A stretch of 64,000 bases of DNA from Octopus vulgaris (GCA_951406725.2 OX597821.1:50034001-50098000); one strand, 5' to 3'; positions 1 to 14,239 are shown, counted from the first letter of the stretch. Notes: generated by a model not told the origin, from the letters alone. A program made the numbers and translations.

Positions 1-6
1 ACCACC

Positions 7-175
<169 letters not shown>

Positions 176-177
176 TG

Positions 178-1500
178 CTTTTTTCATTGGCCAGAAGGGC
201 CGAAAACAAAACTAAAAGAGACTAAAAAACACATCGGACAACTGGGGCTTAGCACAAAAGTTGGTGTATAAAAAACATTAAACAAAACCAATTAAAAACA
301 AAATTCAAAATAAAATTCCCCACAAGGAGAGAGTTCCACCCAGGGACAACCGAGTAACTCCTCACATGCTGTTTACCCTGATCAGCAGGTCCTTCTCTCT
401 TTCTCAACAGCTCCGGCTTACAAGCGAATATAGGCCCATTTACACGGGCCATCCTCACCACATTCACCCACCTTGCAATAAAAATACAAGGGAGAAGCAG
501 TACTTTCCTCTCCACCCTCCCTTTACTTTTCAAGTGAAATTTGAAAAAGTCGATGAGGGCTTGGCCGAAGAGGAGGGCATCTCTTTGCAGTCCTTTCAAC
601 TTCGTCTCCCACATTATCTCTTTCGCCATAGCCACCGGACAGAGGAAAACTGCCTTCTCTTCCCGGCCAAAGAAGGCGGTGGGCGATTTTCACGATGGAT
701 TCAGCTGATAACCGGATCCATCTTACACGCGCCAACAGTTGTTCGACAAAGCTCTACAGGTCAGCAGTGCCTGGAAAATGAACGAGAGCACTCAGCGGTT
801 TCGTCGCTCTGCGCACATCTCAGACTGGTCGGTCTGACTGTACTTCCGTGTCTGTAGAGCTTGTTTCAAACCAGCAGAACCCCCGGTAGCACTGTCAGGC
901 CTGAGATTTCTGGAAATTATCCGTCGACTCCAGCCCGAAAGTCCTCCAGAAAAACCAGCTAATTGACTCTTCCCGACGCCCAGAGTTTCCCCGAGGACGT
1001 AGTCGCACTCGCCCACCACTAATTCCCTACAGAACTCCAATGTGGAACTTCTATCGACTGCACTGACCGACTGGCACAGTACAGTGAGCGCTTGCCGACA
1101 CCCCAGTTGCCAAGCCCCTTTTCTTAATCTATGCTTAATCCAGAATTGTAGCTCTGTCAATGAGACGAGCTGCGGAAGCCTACCGACTTGTCCTAATTAA
1201 TCTTTGCTCCTGTCATTGCTTCGTATTCCCTTAAGCTCGATTTCCGAGCTGTCCGACACAAAGCTTCTGCATCCTAGTTCACGTAGTATACTTCTCGAAA
1301 TATAAAACTTCCGTTGTAATGGCTAGAAAGCCAGCACGTACAGAAGGGGCAAGAGTGGACATCCTTGATGGACCGAACGAGCGACGCTAAACAATTCCGA
1401 TAAGTGGCCACTTACTTTAACCACCGAACAAATGTCGTTGTACGCTGCAGCGATTTAGCCTCTGAAAACGGAACCGAAACCGACCGCTGTGACCTCCAAA
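178..1500 (-). mobile_element. Decayed L1/Tx1-like non-LTR retrotransposon, ORF2 pieces (RT to C-terminus)
   Basis: Minus-strand translation of ~1320-1500 gives GFGSVFRG*IAAAYNDICSVVKVSGHLSELFSVARSVHQGCPLLPLLYV, matching the RT QGCPLS motif. The C-terminal ALIDFFKFHLKSKGRVERKVL (ORF 249..635) is similar to the copy at 29451-29798. Stops and frameshifts are present. Confidence 0.8.
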
Positions 1501-1899
1501 CGTCTGAAGAAATCTGGCTGCCCTGCTTCAGTTGGGGTATACATAGCGAGTAGTTTAAAAGCACCACCTTCGCTAATGCTCATCTACGACTACCAGCTTA
1601 TCTTCCGGGTCCAGGAAGATCGTCCGTACCTCGAGATCCAGACCTTTCCTAAACAGCACTTCCACCCTGCCTCCCATTCCAGGCTGACTAAACAATGTGT
1701 AGATCACAAAATTACTGAAGAGGGGGTTAGATCACGTGTATCGGAAATCCTGGTTTCGCCTAACAGCCGTCTCATCCATAGCTATTGATCTGAGGTCGTT
1801 GAGCAGGCGACCTTGCTTCTAGGGCGATCCCAGGCCACGACTATGTGTACAACCTACAATTAAACCTATCATAATGACCGGACAGTGTTTGAAGAATAA

Positions 1900-2728
1900 A
1901 TAAACCGCTGGCGGGCGGTTCAACCTGAAGAAAATTCAAACAGGGTCCTACTTTCAAGGTCATGCGCTATTCATCTTGATATGAGATCACATGGTCACGC
2001 ACATGTGGTTGTAATGTATGTGCTTGCTGTATCCTTATTAGACGTGTGGTCATGATGGGTATATTGGGCTTCATATATCTGTGCCCCAGTGTCACTTTTA
2101 TGGCATGCATTGCTCTCTTTCACTCAATAATAATAATAGTAATAATAATAAGTATAAAAAGATGGCCTACAGCAAATATTTTACTCAATATCACCATGCT
2201 TTGATGCAGTACTAGGCAGAGGCTCTCATGGCTTCTGATCTTAACTGATTGGAAGTGTTATCATGTTGTCTTGGTATAAAAAGATGGGCTACAACAAATA
2301 TTCTGCTCAATACCACAGATTTGCTTGTCAGTTGTTTGACCTTAACCAGTTGAGCATGTCCCTTAGTGGCTGATGATATGTGCAGAAATAGTGGGGAAGC
2401 ATCATAGCCATGTGTTGAGAGGAATTCTTTGGTGTTTGAACAATTCACCTTTGGAAACATGGTTGTTTTGTTCAATATCCTTAAACAACCTTTCTTCGGG
2501 GATCTTTTGAGCGGGATGGGCTACTTGACCTCAAGTAAATTCTAACTGGGCCCCCACCTGCAAGGTCATGTGCTGTTTATCTTGATATGATATCACTATG
2601 TCGCGCACATATGGTTGTAATGCATGTGCCTGGCGACCCTTATCGGACAGGTAATAATGATGAGTATACTGGGCTTCATACATTTTACGCCAGTGTCACG
2701 TTGATGGCATGCACTGCTCTCTCACTCA
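1900..2728. repeat. Interspersed repeat in two partial copies, each abutting an AAT tract
   Basis: ~1955-2127 aligns with ~2562-2728 (caaggtcatg...gcatgca.tgctctct..cactcaat), and 2153-2195 aligns with 2274-2315. Family not identified. Confidence 0.65.
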
Positions 2729-2752
2729 ATAACAACAACAACCACAACAATA

Positions 2753-2806
<54 letters not shown>

Positions 2807-3610
2807 GACAAAGAAAAATCCCAGCAATGGTTGATAAGCTCAGGACTCAAAGCAGAAACAGAGGGATTTTTAATTGCAGCACAAGACCAAAGCCTCCCCA
2901 CCAGAAATTACCAAAAACATGTAATGAAAAGAAATATTACAAGTAACTGCAGAATATGTGGAGATGGACAAGAAACAATAAATCATATTATCTCTAGCTG
3001 CCCAGTCCTGGCGAAAAAGGAATATATTCACAGACATGACAGAGTTGGAACCTACATACATTGGAAGCTATGCCAACATTATGGAATAACAACAGAAAAA
3101 AGATGGTATAGGCACACACCAGAAAAGGTCACAGAAAACGACAAAGCAACCATACTCTGGGATATGCCGATACACACAGATAGAGAAATTAAGGTTAACA
3201 GACCAGATATAGTTGTCAGAGATCATGAAGGAAAAAATGCTTTCTAATTGATGTATCAATACCGGCAGATGACAACGTGTCTCTAAAAGAAATGGAGAAA
3301 CTCTCAAAATACAAAGACCTGGAAATAGAGGTAACTAGAATGTGGAATCTGAAAACAGAATCAATTCCTATCATAGTAGGTGCATTAGGCATGATAAAAA
3401 AATATTCAGACAAATACATAACAAAAACACCAGGACTTACAAACACATATAACATACAGAAGATTGCACTACTAGGCACTGCACACATCCTACGCAGAAC
3501 ACTTTCCATACAATAACCATCAGAGCATCACAACAAATCACAGCACATACCCAAGGCACACAGAGCTGCGCTCGGTAGTGAAGTGAAAGCACGCTATAAA
3601 AATAGAACTA

Positions 3611-3613
<3 letters not shown>
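2807..3613 (+). mobile_element. 5'-truncated R4/Dong-clade non-LTR retrotransposon (CCHC finger + restriction-like endonuclease + 3' UTR)
   Basis: ORFs 2831..3247 and 3277..3516 contain AAQDQ, CRICGDGQETINHIISSC (CX2CX7HX4C), RHD, ILWD, RPDIVV, LIDVSIP and EKLSKYKDL. One frameshift near 3235. (AAT)n on both sides. Confidence 0.92.
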
Positions 3614-3673
<60 letters not shown>

Positions 3674-3679
3674 TTTTTT

Positions 3680-3898
3680 ATTATAGGCACAAGGCTAGAA
3701 ATTTGGCAGGAGGAGGACTAATTGATTACGTCGACCCTGTGCTCAAAGTCGATGAAGGTGGTTAATTATTTCATCGACCCGAAAGGATGAAAGGCAAAGT
3801 CCGCCTCGACTGTATTTGAACTCAGAATGTAGCGACAAACGAAATATCCGCTAAGCATTTCATCCAGTGTGCTAACGATTCTACCAAATCATCGTTTA

Positions 3899-3932
<34 letters not shown>

Positions 3933-4240
3933 CAATGACAACGACGATGACGACGACGACTATAATGACGAACTGAAGTGGGAAATACGCAGGTTGCAGG
4001 CAATGAAGAAAATGGATGTGATACCTATAGCGATTGGTGCTCTTGGAAAATATCAGCACCCAACTCCCAGCATGGCTTTAAAAAGATTGGAAAGATACAA
4101 CGCCTACAAAAATCCTCATTACTTGAAACTGCAAGAGTCCTCCGCAGGGTTCTTGAAGCATAATCAGTAAATAAGTATCACCTTAGTCAGCAGGTTGTGA
4201 ACAACTAACAAAATAAAGCTAAGATTTTTCATGATGTACT

Positions 4241-4277
<37 letters not shown>

Positions 4278-4945
4278 GCAACAACAACAACAACAACAAT
4301 AATAATAATAATAGTTTCAAATTTTGCCAAAAGGGCAGCAATTTTGGGGGACGGTATGAGTCGATTACATCGACCCCAGTGTTTCACTGGTACTTAATTT
4401 ATCAAACCCGAAAGGATGAAAAGCAAAGTCAACCTCGGCGGAATTTAAACTCAGAACGCAACGGCGGGCGAATAATAACAACAACAACAATAATAATAAT
4501 AATTTTTGGCACAAGGCGAGCAAGTTCAGAGAAGGAGCCTAGTCGATTACACCAACCCCACTGCTCAACTGGTACATATTTTATGGAAGCCCAAAAGGAT
4601 GAAAGGCAAAGTCGACCTCGGTATAATAATCATAAATAATGTTCTTAATTTAAACACAGGGATAGAAATTTAAAGTTGACATAACTGGGATTTAATTTCA
4701 ACCGTTTTTCTTTAAAATAATGTTAAAGTCGGCAAACTGGCAAAACCGTAATCATACCAGACAAAATGCTTAGCGGCAATTCTTCCGCCTTTACTTTCTG
4801 AGTTCATTCAAATTCCGCCTTGGTCGACTTTGCTTTTCATCCGTTTGGAGCTGATAAAATAACTACTAGTTCAGCGCTGGGGTCAATCGTCTAGCCCCAC
4901 ACCCTCATAAAATTTCAGGCCTTGTGCCGATAGAAGAAATATTTA
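3680..4945. mobile_element. Cluster of tRNA-derived SINE family A copies (mostly minus strand; plus copy ~4730-4940)
   Basis: Repeated core cgaccccgaaaggatgaaaggcaaagtcgacctcggcggaatttgaactcagaac, the reverse complement of the intact copy at 30707-30937. Confidence 0.8.
3975..4240 (+). mobile_element. Short 3' relic of an RLE-type (R4-like) LINE
   Basis: Frames give DVIPIAIGALG and LQKSSLLETARVLRRVLEA*, which resemble the C-terminus of the 2807-3613 element. It lies between trinucleotide tracts. Confidence 0.6.
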
Positions 4946-5000
4946 TTAAACTAACGTTACCTTCTTTTTTACAGTATCAATATTATAATTTATTATTATA

Positions 5001-5258
5001 ACTTCACCGTGGGAAACCATCAAATACGACCGCTGATACAAATCGCCAGCGAAAAGACAAATGAGCCACAATCCGTGAGCTTGTTGCACAACTGGACTCT
5101 GGTCATAATGCGTTACGCAAGATGGTGGAAGATTTTGGGTATTGGAAAGATTGTACAAAGTGTTTATCTCAGCAATTTACATCCGATTTGAAGATGCGAA
5201 GGATGGAAATTTACTCTGATTTGAAAACATTTCAAGCTAATGAAGATAGGTTTTATTT
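5001..5258 (+). mobile_element. Mariner transposase fragment, third partial copy of 8587-8845
   Basis: Near-identical to 8587-8845 (acttcaccgtgggaaaccatcaaatacgacc...). Confidence 0.8.
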
Positions 5259-5429
5259 ATAAAAAAAGGATTTTTGATTGCTATAACTACTGCTAGTAGG
5301 CTAATTTAGGAGGGGTGCTAATTCTTGCTATAAACTACTGTGCATTTAAGTTGTTGGATTCTAATTTCGCAATCCTGCTTCCAAATACCAAAATTAAAGG
5401 ACAACGTGGAAGCAGATGCTATTGATAGT

Positions 5430-5615
5430 GCAAATAAACGGAAAACAATAAATTTAGAAACGAAAGTATGAGGTGTGAAGTGAACACAAAGCAGCAAAAA
5501 CTGGTAAAGGTTTAGGTTTCAAAATTTTGTGTGCGTAAGTCTACAATTCTAAGGAATAAAGAAAGATATTTGAATGAAATTTAAAATGCAACGCCTTCCA
5601 ATCTACGAAAGTATT
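5430..5615 (+). mobile_element. Tigger/pogo-like N-terminal HTH relic
   Basis: Translates in pieces to NKRKTINLETKV and STILRNKERYLNEI*NATP, which resemble the CENP-B/Tigger psq-type HTH. Confidence 0.5.
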
Positions 5616-5707
5616 TAAAAAATCAGCATGGATAACTGGTCAAGATAACTTTCAAGAGCATCTCTTGACATGTATATATACATATATGTGTGTGTGTAGA
5701 GTGAGAG

Positions 5708-5742
<35 letters not shown>

Positions 5743-7320
5743 TGGGCGGGAGAAAGGGGGTGAATGCAGGTATGAGAAATACCACACAGCGTAAATTCTT
5801 GATCTATTAAAATTATCTCTGTCCTTAGAGGATGAATCATAATTACCAAATAGCATTTAAGACCATCTCCACTTGAGAAGGGAAGATAATTTCAAGAATC
5901 AAGAATTCTCCAAAGTTGACATACCGTAAAAGAAAACAATAGGCTTACTGCCTAAAAATAAGAGGGCAGTATGGACGCATGTTTCTAGCTCATGTGTCAG
6001 CACAACAGTTGTCCAACTATATCTCTAGTTACCAACGGACTTGGACATATGCAAAACACTAAAGAGTAGAATACATTTATAGCCTGGGTAAGACATTTTT
6101 TATGATGTTTTGCAATATTTTTCTCTCCATAAACACATTTTATGAAATAAAGATGTGCCCAAGGGTGGTGGTTCATTGCTGGAATTTAAGCAAAAAATTC
6201 GGACTGTGCGAATTTTAAACTCTAATTTTTTTAAATATTCGAAAAAGAGTGGAGCTCTTTGGATTTATGGGTGGATGGGTTTTAAAAATTGTAAAAAGAT
6301 TTTATCATAATCGTATGAATTCCAGTGTGTAAAACAAAAATTCGTAAAACTTTTTTCCGAAAATTCCAAAACATAAAAAGTTATGAGGGGTCATATGGGA
6401 TGCTTAAACTAGAATTCCACCAAGAACTTTACAGACGAGGTATCCAGCCAAGTGTAAACTCTGAACATCGAGGGCTTCTTAAAGAAAAAGGGCCATTTGG
6501 GAACACCACGTCTCTCTATCTCGAAGAATATCTACAAAAACGGGTAAAGCGTAAATGAATATTTCAGCGTCGTTTAAGAAACGGAGGATGACTCCAGTTA
6601 CTCACAAAACAGCAACTGGAATATGTAAATAAAAAGCAGTTGGGAAAAAGATATAAGATAAATATGGAAAAGCCCATCCTTTTTCTATAAGAACAAAAAA
6701 AAAAAAGTCAGAGGAAGTTGGTTATAAACATCTTAATTATTTAAGCAAAATAAAATAAATAATAAATAGAAAAAATAGAGAGGGAGAGGGAGAGAGATAC
6801 TAAAAATGAAATTATTAAAATATAAATAAACGAAAAATGAATGAGAAATAAGAAAAGTGAAAATAAACAAATTTTTAATATAAACAAGAAAAGAAAAGGA
6901 AAAGGAAGGAAAAGGAAGGAAAATGAAAGAAAACAAAATATGTAAGAATAAAAAGGGATAAATATGGAAAAGAATGAAGATAAATTGAGGGAAGGCGAGA
7001 TATGGAGAAGCTAGAAAAAATATTTTTGGAAAGAAAAGTTGTGAAGGACCAATCGATATTAAGCAAGCAGCTTACGTCACTCATCCACCACACTTCAATA
7101 TTTCTCCACTTCGGAAGGAAGTGGTTGCCACTGTATGCCTACACTGTGGTCATTTTCGCCATATCGGACAATATTTTCTCTTGTCTTCCCTCCTACGACA
7201 AAAAGAATTTTCGTTACCGCCGCCATCTGTTCAACTAACCACTACAACCACAATGATAGTTTCCGAAACAGCTTATGATAAATGTACGCCAACAGTATCA
7301 TACAAAAAGTTATATGTACT

Positions 7321-7351
<31 letters not shown>

Positions 7352-8187
7352 TACCTACACACACGCACACGCACTCACACAAACATATCAATCATATATT
7401 CATTTCTTCACAACCTACACTGTAATGGTATTTATTGTAGTGTCCGGTCATTAAACTTGTATAATTGTGTAAATATACTTTGTCTAAGAACATATTAAGA
7501 TTTTCATAATAAGTCTCCCACTATTATTGATCGACATTTTAAGAAACGGCAGAATAACAAGACATGTCATTTCGATTCTCATTCAAATTTTCCATAAAGA
7601 CTTAAATTGGGATACTTTTACTATTTTGTTAGGGCGGGAATGGAAACGCCATGATAGGGTCTCCTTGACTGATGGGAGAAAAGGGGGAAGTTATCTTCAA
7701 ACTGGAAAGCTGAAATGCTTGCAAAAGGTTAAACCTTTGCAAAAGATAGCCAAGGACCAGGTGACGTTGGTAAACCGGGTGAAGGATTATGTTTACCAGC
7801 CAAAAATTCAGAGTACGGAGAGATGAAGCAAATAGAGCAAGACATCTTGTCAGGCACTAACAAATCCACCAATCTACTGTTCTGGATTGGTATTTTATTT
7901 TAGTGACCTCGTAGGATGAAAGATAACGTCCACCTTGGTGCCATTGAGCTGCTAGACTCGTTTGAGCGTGAGAAAAAAAGTCCCTTGTAGTTTTTGTTCT
8001 GTCTTTATGTTCTGAGTTCAGATCCCATTGAGATCAGTTTTGTCTTACTTTACTTTAATGACTCACAGGTCGATAAAATAAAGTACTAGTCAAGTATTCT
8101 AGTCGATAATACTCACTTCCTTCCCTCAAAGTTTCTTGTCTTCTACCCAACTCAGACACAATAGTTGATGCATAGACTAATAAGTAT

Positions 8188-8400
8188 GTGCAGTCACTTT
8201 TGCAGCACTTTTATATAGAGAACGATGGAGAGTCTTTGGCATTGCAGTTCTACGAGGCGAGGTGGTGGTCATTACCATCTCATGACAAGCTCTACAAAAA
8301 TGGAAGCTCCAATAGCCGAATTTGCCCTAAATGTGTGCAGGTGGTGAAGACGATATACTCTTGCACGCCATCGTTCAATATCTTTCCAAGCAAATATTAG
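8188..8400 (+). mobile_element. L1/Tx1-like ORF2 C-terminal zinc-finger fragment (duplicated at 10597-10809)
   Basis: LPSHDKLYKNGSSNSRICPKC resembles VRNKLYRYGSANSRACPRC in the L1-like copy at 29850-30089. Confidence 0.65.
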
Positions 8401-8409
8401 GATCCAGAC

Positions 8410-9528
8410 AGAAATAACATTGAGTTCTTGATGAAGAACTTCACTGAGTTCTTGATGAAGGACGGGTGCAGGCTGTCCGATATCTATAGAAAGATACTGG
8501 TTGTTCACAGAGACAACACCATTGATAAAATCAATGTGCACAGATGAATGAAGATGTTTAACGATGAGGAAAGATATCAATGAAAGACTTCACCGTGGGA
8601 AACCATCAAATACGACCACTGATACAAATCGCCAGCGAAAAGACAAATGAGCCACAATCCGTGAGCTTGCTGCACAACTGAACTGTGGTCATAATGCGTT
8701 ACACAAGATGGTGGAAGATTTTGGGTATTAGAAAGATTGTACGAAGTGCTTATCTCAGCAATTTACATCCGATTTGAAGATGCAAAGGATGAAAATTTAC
8801 TCTGATTTGAAAGCGATTAAAGCTAATGAAGACAGGCTTTATTTTTGAGCTGGTAACATGGGATGCAATGTGGGCGTATCTTTATGATCCAGAAACAAAG
8901 GCTCGGCCCATGAAAGAGACAACACCTCTTTTGCAAGAAGCTCAACTGCCAACGATCGACACAGAAACTCACGGAAGCTGTTTTTCAGGATGACAAGAGC
9001 GTCATTCTCCTTGATTTTCTATAATGCGACTGTACTGTGAAGAGTGAGCGTTACATTGAGAAATCCGAAAAGCTTAGAGAAACCATTAGAAGGAAGTGAT
9101 CGAACAAAAGTTTAAAAATTACCTACATTCACTGCGATAATGTGCAGCCAGACATATCTTCGGCAACAAATCAAAGTAATTGTAAATTAGATTGATCAAC
9201 GGTCCCCTATTCACTGTACGCACTCTGACTGGCACCTACCGACTTCTGTCTGTTCGGATCAATGAAGGACAGTCTATGGGGACAACGATTTGATGACATA
9301 GACGAAGGGAAAATGGTTGTGAAGTAAATGCAGCAGAGCAAACCTGAATTTTTGCAAAGAGGATTTGAGAGTTGTGTTCAATGATGCTGCAAATACAGAT
9401 TAAATTCTGCATTACCTTTCTATAAAACGAAGAATTACACTATCAGCATGTGCAACATGAACGACCTATATCAGTTAATAAAAAAAAAGTTATGCCAGCA
9501 TTTGCATTAATTGGAGACGACCCTCGTA
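8410..9528 (+). mobile_element. Decayed mariner transposon with right TIR (duplicated at ~10820-11919)
   Basis: Pieces include EFLMKDGCRLSDIYRKILVVHRDNTIDK, WAYLYDPETK and LAPTDFCLFGSMKDSLWGQRFDD. It ends in ...gagacgaccctcg-TA, the reverse complement of a CGAGGG-type TIR. Confidence 0.85.
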
Positions 9529-10267
9529 TGTACGACGCGTGTATACATACATACATACATACATACATACATACATACATACATACATACATACATACAT
9601 ACATACATACAAATAAAAATACCCTGTTGTTGATGTTGAAATTGCAATGAAGGAACCTTGGATCTAGGTTAGAAACTGGTTCTTTCTCTATCGGCAAGAA
9701 ATTTTGAAATAAACGGAATAATGACTTACATGTGTGTGGTGGGGATGCATGCCTGAAAAATGAAAGAGTCAATTAAGAAAGAAATATCCAGTGAAGAATT
9801 CACACACACACATTTTCATAAATTACCAATGTTATTTGCATTTTTTAGTCTGGAAAATACGAGACATAACTCTGAACATGTTTTGGTGCTATTCTCCTTA
9901 CCACCACTACCGATGAATAAATCTACACATGATGTAGGAAAATATAATTGTTTGGAGATTAAATTACAGGCGCCATCTATATGCAAAACAAAGGAGCATT
10001 TAATAGATAACTATTCAAAAACAAAGGTCAAATAACTTTGAAAACTTACATTCCCATATTCTGATACAAGTGACGTAAAGGAAGTTAGCTTGCATCAATC
10101 GAAAAATCGATGCACTAAGTCATTAGGAACTGAACTCTTGACTTGTCACAAACCGGACCCAACTATAATTAACTGTTTTGCTCAGACGTTGTGTTGATAT
10201 CAGGTTCTTAAGTCGATGACACTTCCGCCTGCTACTAACGGACAATTGATCCACTTGAAAACAAACA

Positions 10268-11966
10268 TAACAAATCCACCAATCTACTGTTCTGGATTGG
10301 TATTTTATTTTAGTGACCTCGTAGGATGAAAGATAACGTCCACCTTGGTGCCATTGAGCTGCTAGACTCATTTGAGCGTGAGAAAAAAGTCACTTGTATT
10401 TTTTGTTCTGTCTTTATGTTCTGAGTTCAGATCCCATTGAGATCAGTTTTGTCTTACTTTACTTTAATGACTCACAGGTCGATAAAATAAAGTACTAGTC
10501 AAGTATTCTAGTCGATAATACTCACTTCCTTCCCTCAAAGTTTCTTGTCTTCTACCCAACTCAGACACAATAGTTGATGCATAGACTAATAAGTATGTGC
10601 AGTCACTTTTGCAGCACTTTTATATAGAGAACGATGGAGAGTCTTTGGCATTGCAGTTCTACGAGGCGAGGCGGTGGTCATTACCATCTCATGACAAGCT
10701 CTACAAAAATGGAAGCTCCAATAGCCGAATTTGCCCTAAATGTGTGCAGGTGGTGAAGGCGATATACTCTTGCACGCCATCGTTCAATATCTTTCCAAGC
10801 AAATATTAGGATCCAGGCAGAAATAACATTGAGTTCTTGATGAAGAACTTCACTGAGTTCTTGATGAAGGACGGGTGCAGGCTGTCCGATATCTATAGAA
10901 AGATACTGGTTGTTCACAGAGACAACACCATTGATAAAATCAATGTGCACAGATGAATGAAGATGTTTAACGATGAGGAAAGCTATCAATGAAAAACTTC
11001 ACCGTGGGAAACCATCAAATACGACCACTGATACAAATCGCCAGCGAAAAGACAAATGAGCCACAATCCGTGAGCTTGCTGCACAACTGAACTGTGGTCA
11101 TAATGCGTTACGCAAGATGGTGGAAGATTTTGGGTATTAGAAATATCGTACGTTGAAAACAAACATTGCAGTCTTTAATTGATGAAGCAAAAAGCAATTA
11201 ACGATAAAAAAATTCATATAATTTAATGGGAGACTGAGTTTTCATTACGAGTACTTGCAGGCAAATCCAACAACACGCTTTCTTTACTATCTTCATTCTT
11301 AGACGAAGGACAACACCTCTTTTGCAAGAAGCTCAACTGCCAACGATCGACACAGAAACTCACGGGAACTGTTTTTCGGGATGACAAGAGCGTCATTCTC
11401 CTTGATTTTCTATAATGCGACTGTACTGTGAAGAGGGAGCGTTACATTGAGAAATCCGAAAAGCTTAGAGAAACCATTAGAAGGAAGTGATCGAACAAAA
11501 GTTTAAAAATTACCTACATTCACTGCGATAATGTGCAGCTAGACATATCTTCGGCAACAAATCAAAGTAATTGTAAATTAGATTGATCAACGGTCCCCTA
11601 TTCACTGTACACCCTCTGACTCATACCTACCGACTTCTGTCTGTTCGGATCAATGAAGGACAGTCTATGGGGACAACGATTTGATGACATAGACGAAGTG
11701 AAAATGGTTGTGAAGTAAATGCAACAGAGCAAACCTGAATTTTTGCAAAGAGGATTTGAGAGTTGTGTTCAATGATGCTGCAAATACAGATTAAATTCTG
11801 CATTACCTTTCTATAAAACGAAGAATTACACTATCAGCATGTGCAACATGAACGACCTATATCAGTTAATAAAAAAAAGTTATGCCAGCATTTGCATTAA
11901 TTTGGAGACGACCCTCGTATGTACGACGCGTGTATACATACATACATACATACATACATACATACA

Positions 11967-11997
<31 letters not shown>

Positions 11998-12084
11998 TTA
12001 CATACATACAAATAAAAATACCCTGTTGTTGATGTTGAAATTGCAATGAAGGAACCTTGGATCTAGGTTAGAAACTGGTTCTTT
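10268..12084. repeat. Local duplication, copy 2 (with a foreign 156-bp patch at 11153-11308)
   Basis: Aligns to 7858-9685 except at the patch. Confidence 0.95.
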
Positions 12085-12115
12085 AATTCTCCTACAATAT
12101 TCTCTCTCTCCCTCA

Positions 12116-12153
<38 letters not shown>

Positions 12154-12184
12154 TCTCTCTGCGGGAGTAGTTGAATATATTATA

Positions 12185-13366
12185 CGAGGGTGGGCTGAAA
12201 AGTTCGTAGGCTGACAATTAAGGAGTCAGCTAAAGCTGTGAAATCGTGCATTCATTAACTTCAACACTCCTTATTAATAACTACATTGTTTCGTTACAGG
12301 TAAACTGACATCTCACTGTTCAAAGAAGACTTCAAATGTAACCAGTTGCGACTTCTCTTGAAAGTGAACATAATTTGGCATCGTGGTGTTATCGAGTACC
12401 TGCAGGAAAAGGGTTTAGTCCCCAACGACATTCATGCTGACATGTTTGCTATATTAAGAGATGATGTTCCAGCTTTATCAACAGTGCAAAAGTGAGCAGC
12501 TGAATCTACGAGGGGGACGGAGAGTCTTGAAGATGATCCCAGGTTTTGACGTCCTCAACTGTTACCGCCGAGGAAAACACTAATTGTGCTCACCACATGG
12601 TGATGGATGACAAGCGATTGACTATAAATCAAATAACCAATGTTAATAGCATATTCCGTGAGAGAGTTGAAAATATTCTGCGCGATGAACTTGGCAAGAC
12701 GATGGTTTCTACTCAATGGGTGCCACGTTTTCTGACACCTGATCAAAAGCGCACCAGACTCATTACATAACGGGAAAATCTAACTTTGATCCAGCTGATT
12801 TCCTTGAACGTTTCCTAAACCAGGATGAGTGTTGGATTTGTCACTTTGAGCTAGAGACAAGGAAGCAATACATGCAGTAGAAGCACCTCTCCTCACTCAC
12901 TCCAAAGAGAGCCAAGGTTGTTCCATCTGCATGGAAGGTGACGGTTTCAGCCTTTTGGTGATGCAGAACGCATTGTGCTTATGAACCCAAAGGGCCATAC
13001 ATCAATGGAGAATACTATGCCAACTTGCTGAGACAGATACAAAAGGCAATCAAGACCATTAAAACTGACGAAAAGGCCCTTGTTTCATCAATGGCAGTTG
13101 TACGAACTGAGGCTTTGAGCCGGTTGATCAGTCTCCTTATTCTCGCGATTTGTCTCCATTTGAGTATCATCTGTTCCCCAATAGGAGAAAAAAACCCAGT
13201 TGGCTGAACACTAGTATTGCAGTAACGATGACGTCATATCTAGTGTAAACTTTTTTGATCAACAGGATGAAAGCTTCTTCACCAATGGGATCCAAGCAAT
13301 GCAATAGAAAGAAATGCGTTGGCTGGGAAGTTGAAAAGTAAACCTAATTTGGTCAGCCGACCCTCG
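12185..13366 (+). mobile_element. Near full-length decayed mariner element with both TIRs and TA target duplication
   Basis: Termini are TA-cgagggtgggctga...tcagccgaccctcg-TA. ORF 12546..12770 has DDKRLTINQI...ILRDELGKTMVSTQWVPRFLTPDQKRTR (WVPR motif), followed by QDECWICHFELETRKQ. Many stops. Confidence 0.9.
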
Positions 13367-13404
13367 TATGCATATGGGTATGTAAGTGTGTTTAAATGAA
13401 GATT

Positions 13405-13470
<66 letters not shown>

Positions 13471-13635
13471 GATTGGAAATGCAAACAGGATAATAGAACT
13501 CAAAAGAGGAAATGCACTTATCATTTATATACAAATTTGTGAAGCCTTGATTGGAAAGCAGTTAATGAGTACCAGCATATGTAACTCTCTGCCCTTGAGT
13601 TACTCAATAACTTCTGCCGATTATTAATAAAAAAC

Positions 13636-13702
<67 letters not shown>

Positions 13703-13704
<2 letters not shown>

Positions 13705-13928
13705 TTCTTTACTGCCCACAAGGGGCTAAACATAGCGGGGACAAACAAGGACAGACGAAGGAATTGAGTCGATTATGTTGACCCCAGTGCGAAACTGGTA
13801 CTTTATTTATCGACCCCGAAAGGATGAAAGGCAAAGTTGACCTCGGCGGAATTTGAACTCAGAACGTAACGACAGACGAAATACCGCTAAGCATTTCACC
13901 CGGCGCGCTAACGTGTCTGCCAGCTCGC
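13703..13928 (-). mobile_element. tRNA-derived SINE family A, near-complete
   Basis: Reverse complement of the 30707-30937 copy, flanked by (TA)n. Confidence 0.9.
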
Positions 13929-13937
13929 GTATGCGTG

Positions 13938-14066
<129 letters not shown>

Positions 14067-14239
14067 TTTTATTCTTTCATACGCTTCAGCCAGAAGGCTG
14101 TGGCCATGCTGGAGTACTTTTTATTTGTTTCAGTCATTAGAATACTGCCATGCTGGGGTATCGCCTTGAAGTGCAAGGGGTGAATTGCCAATGAAATCTG
14201 GTGACTCTTGAATTAACTGTAATCTTATTTACATTATTT

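Larger units (their letters stand above)
7858..9685. repeat. Local duplication, copy 1 (SINE pieces, L1 fragment, mariner relic, (CATA)n)
   Basis: Highly similar to 10268-12084, offset ~2410. Confidence 0.95.
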
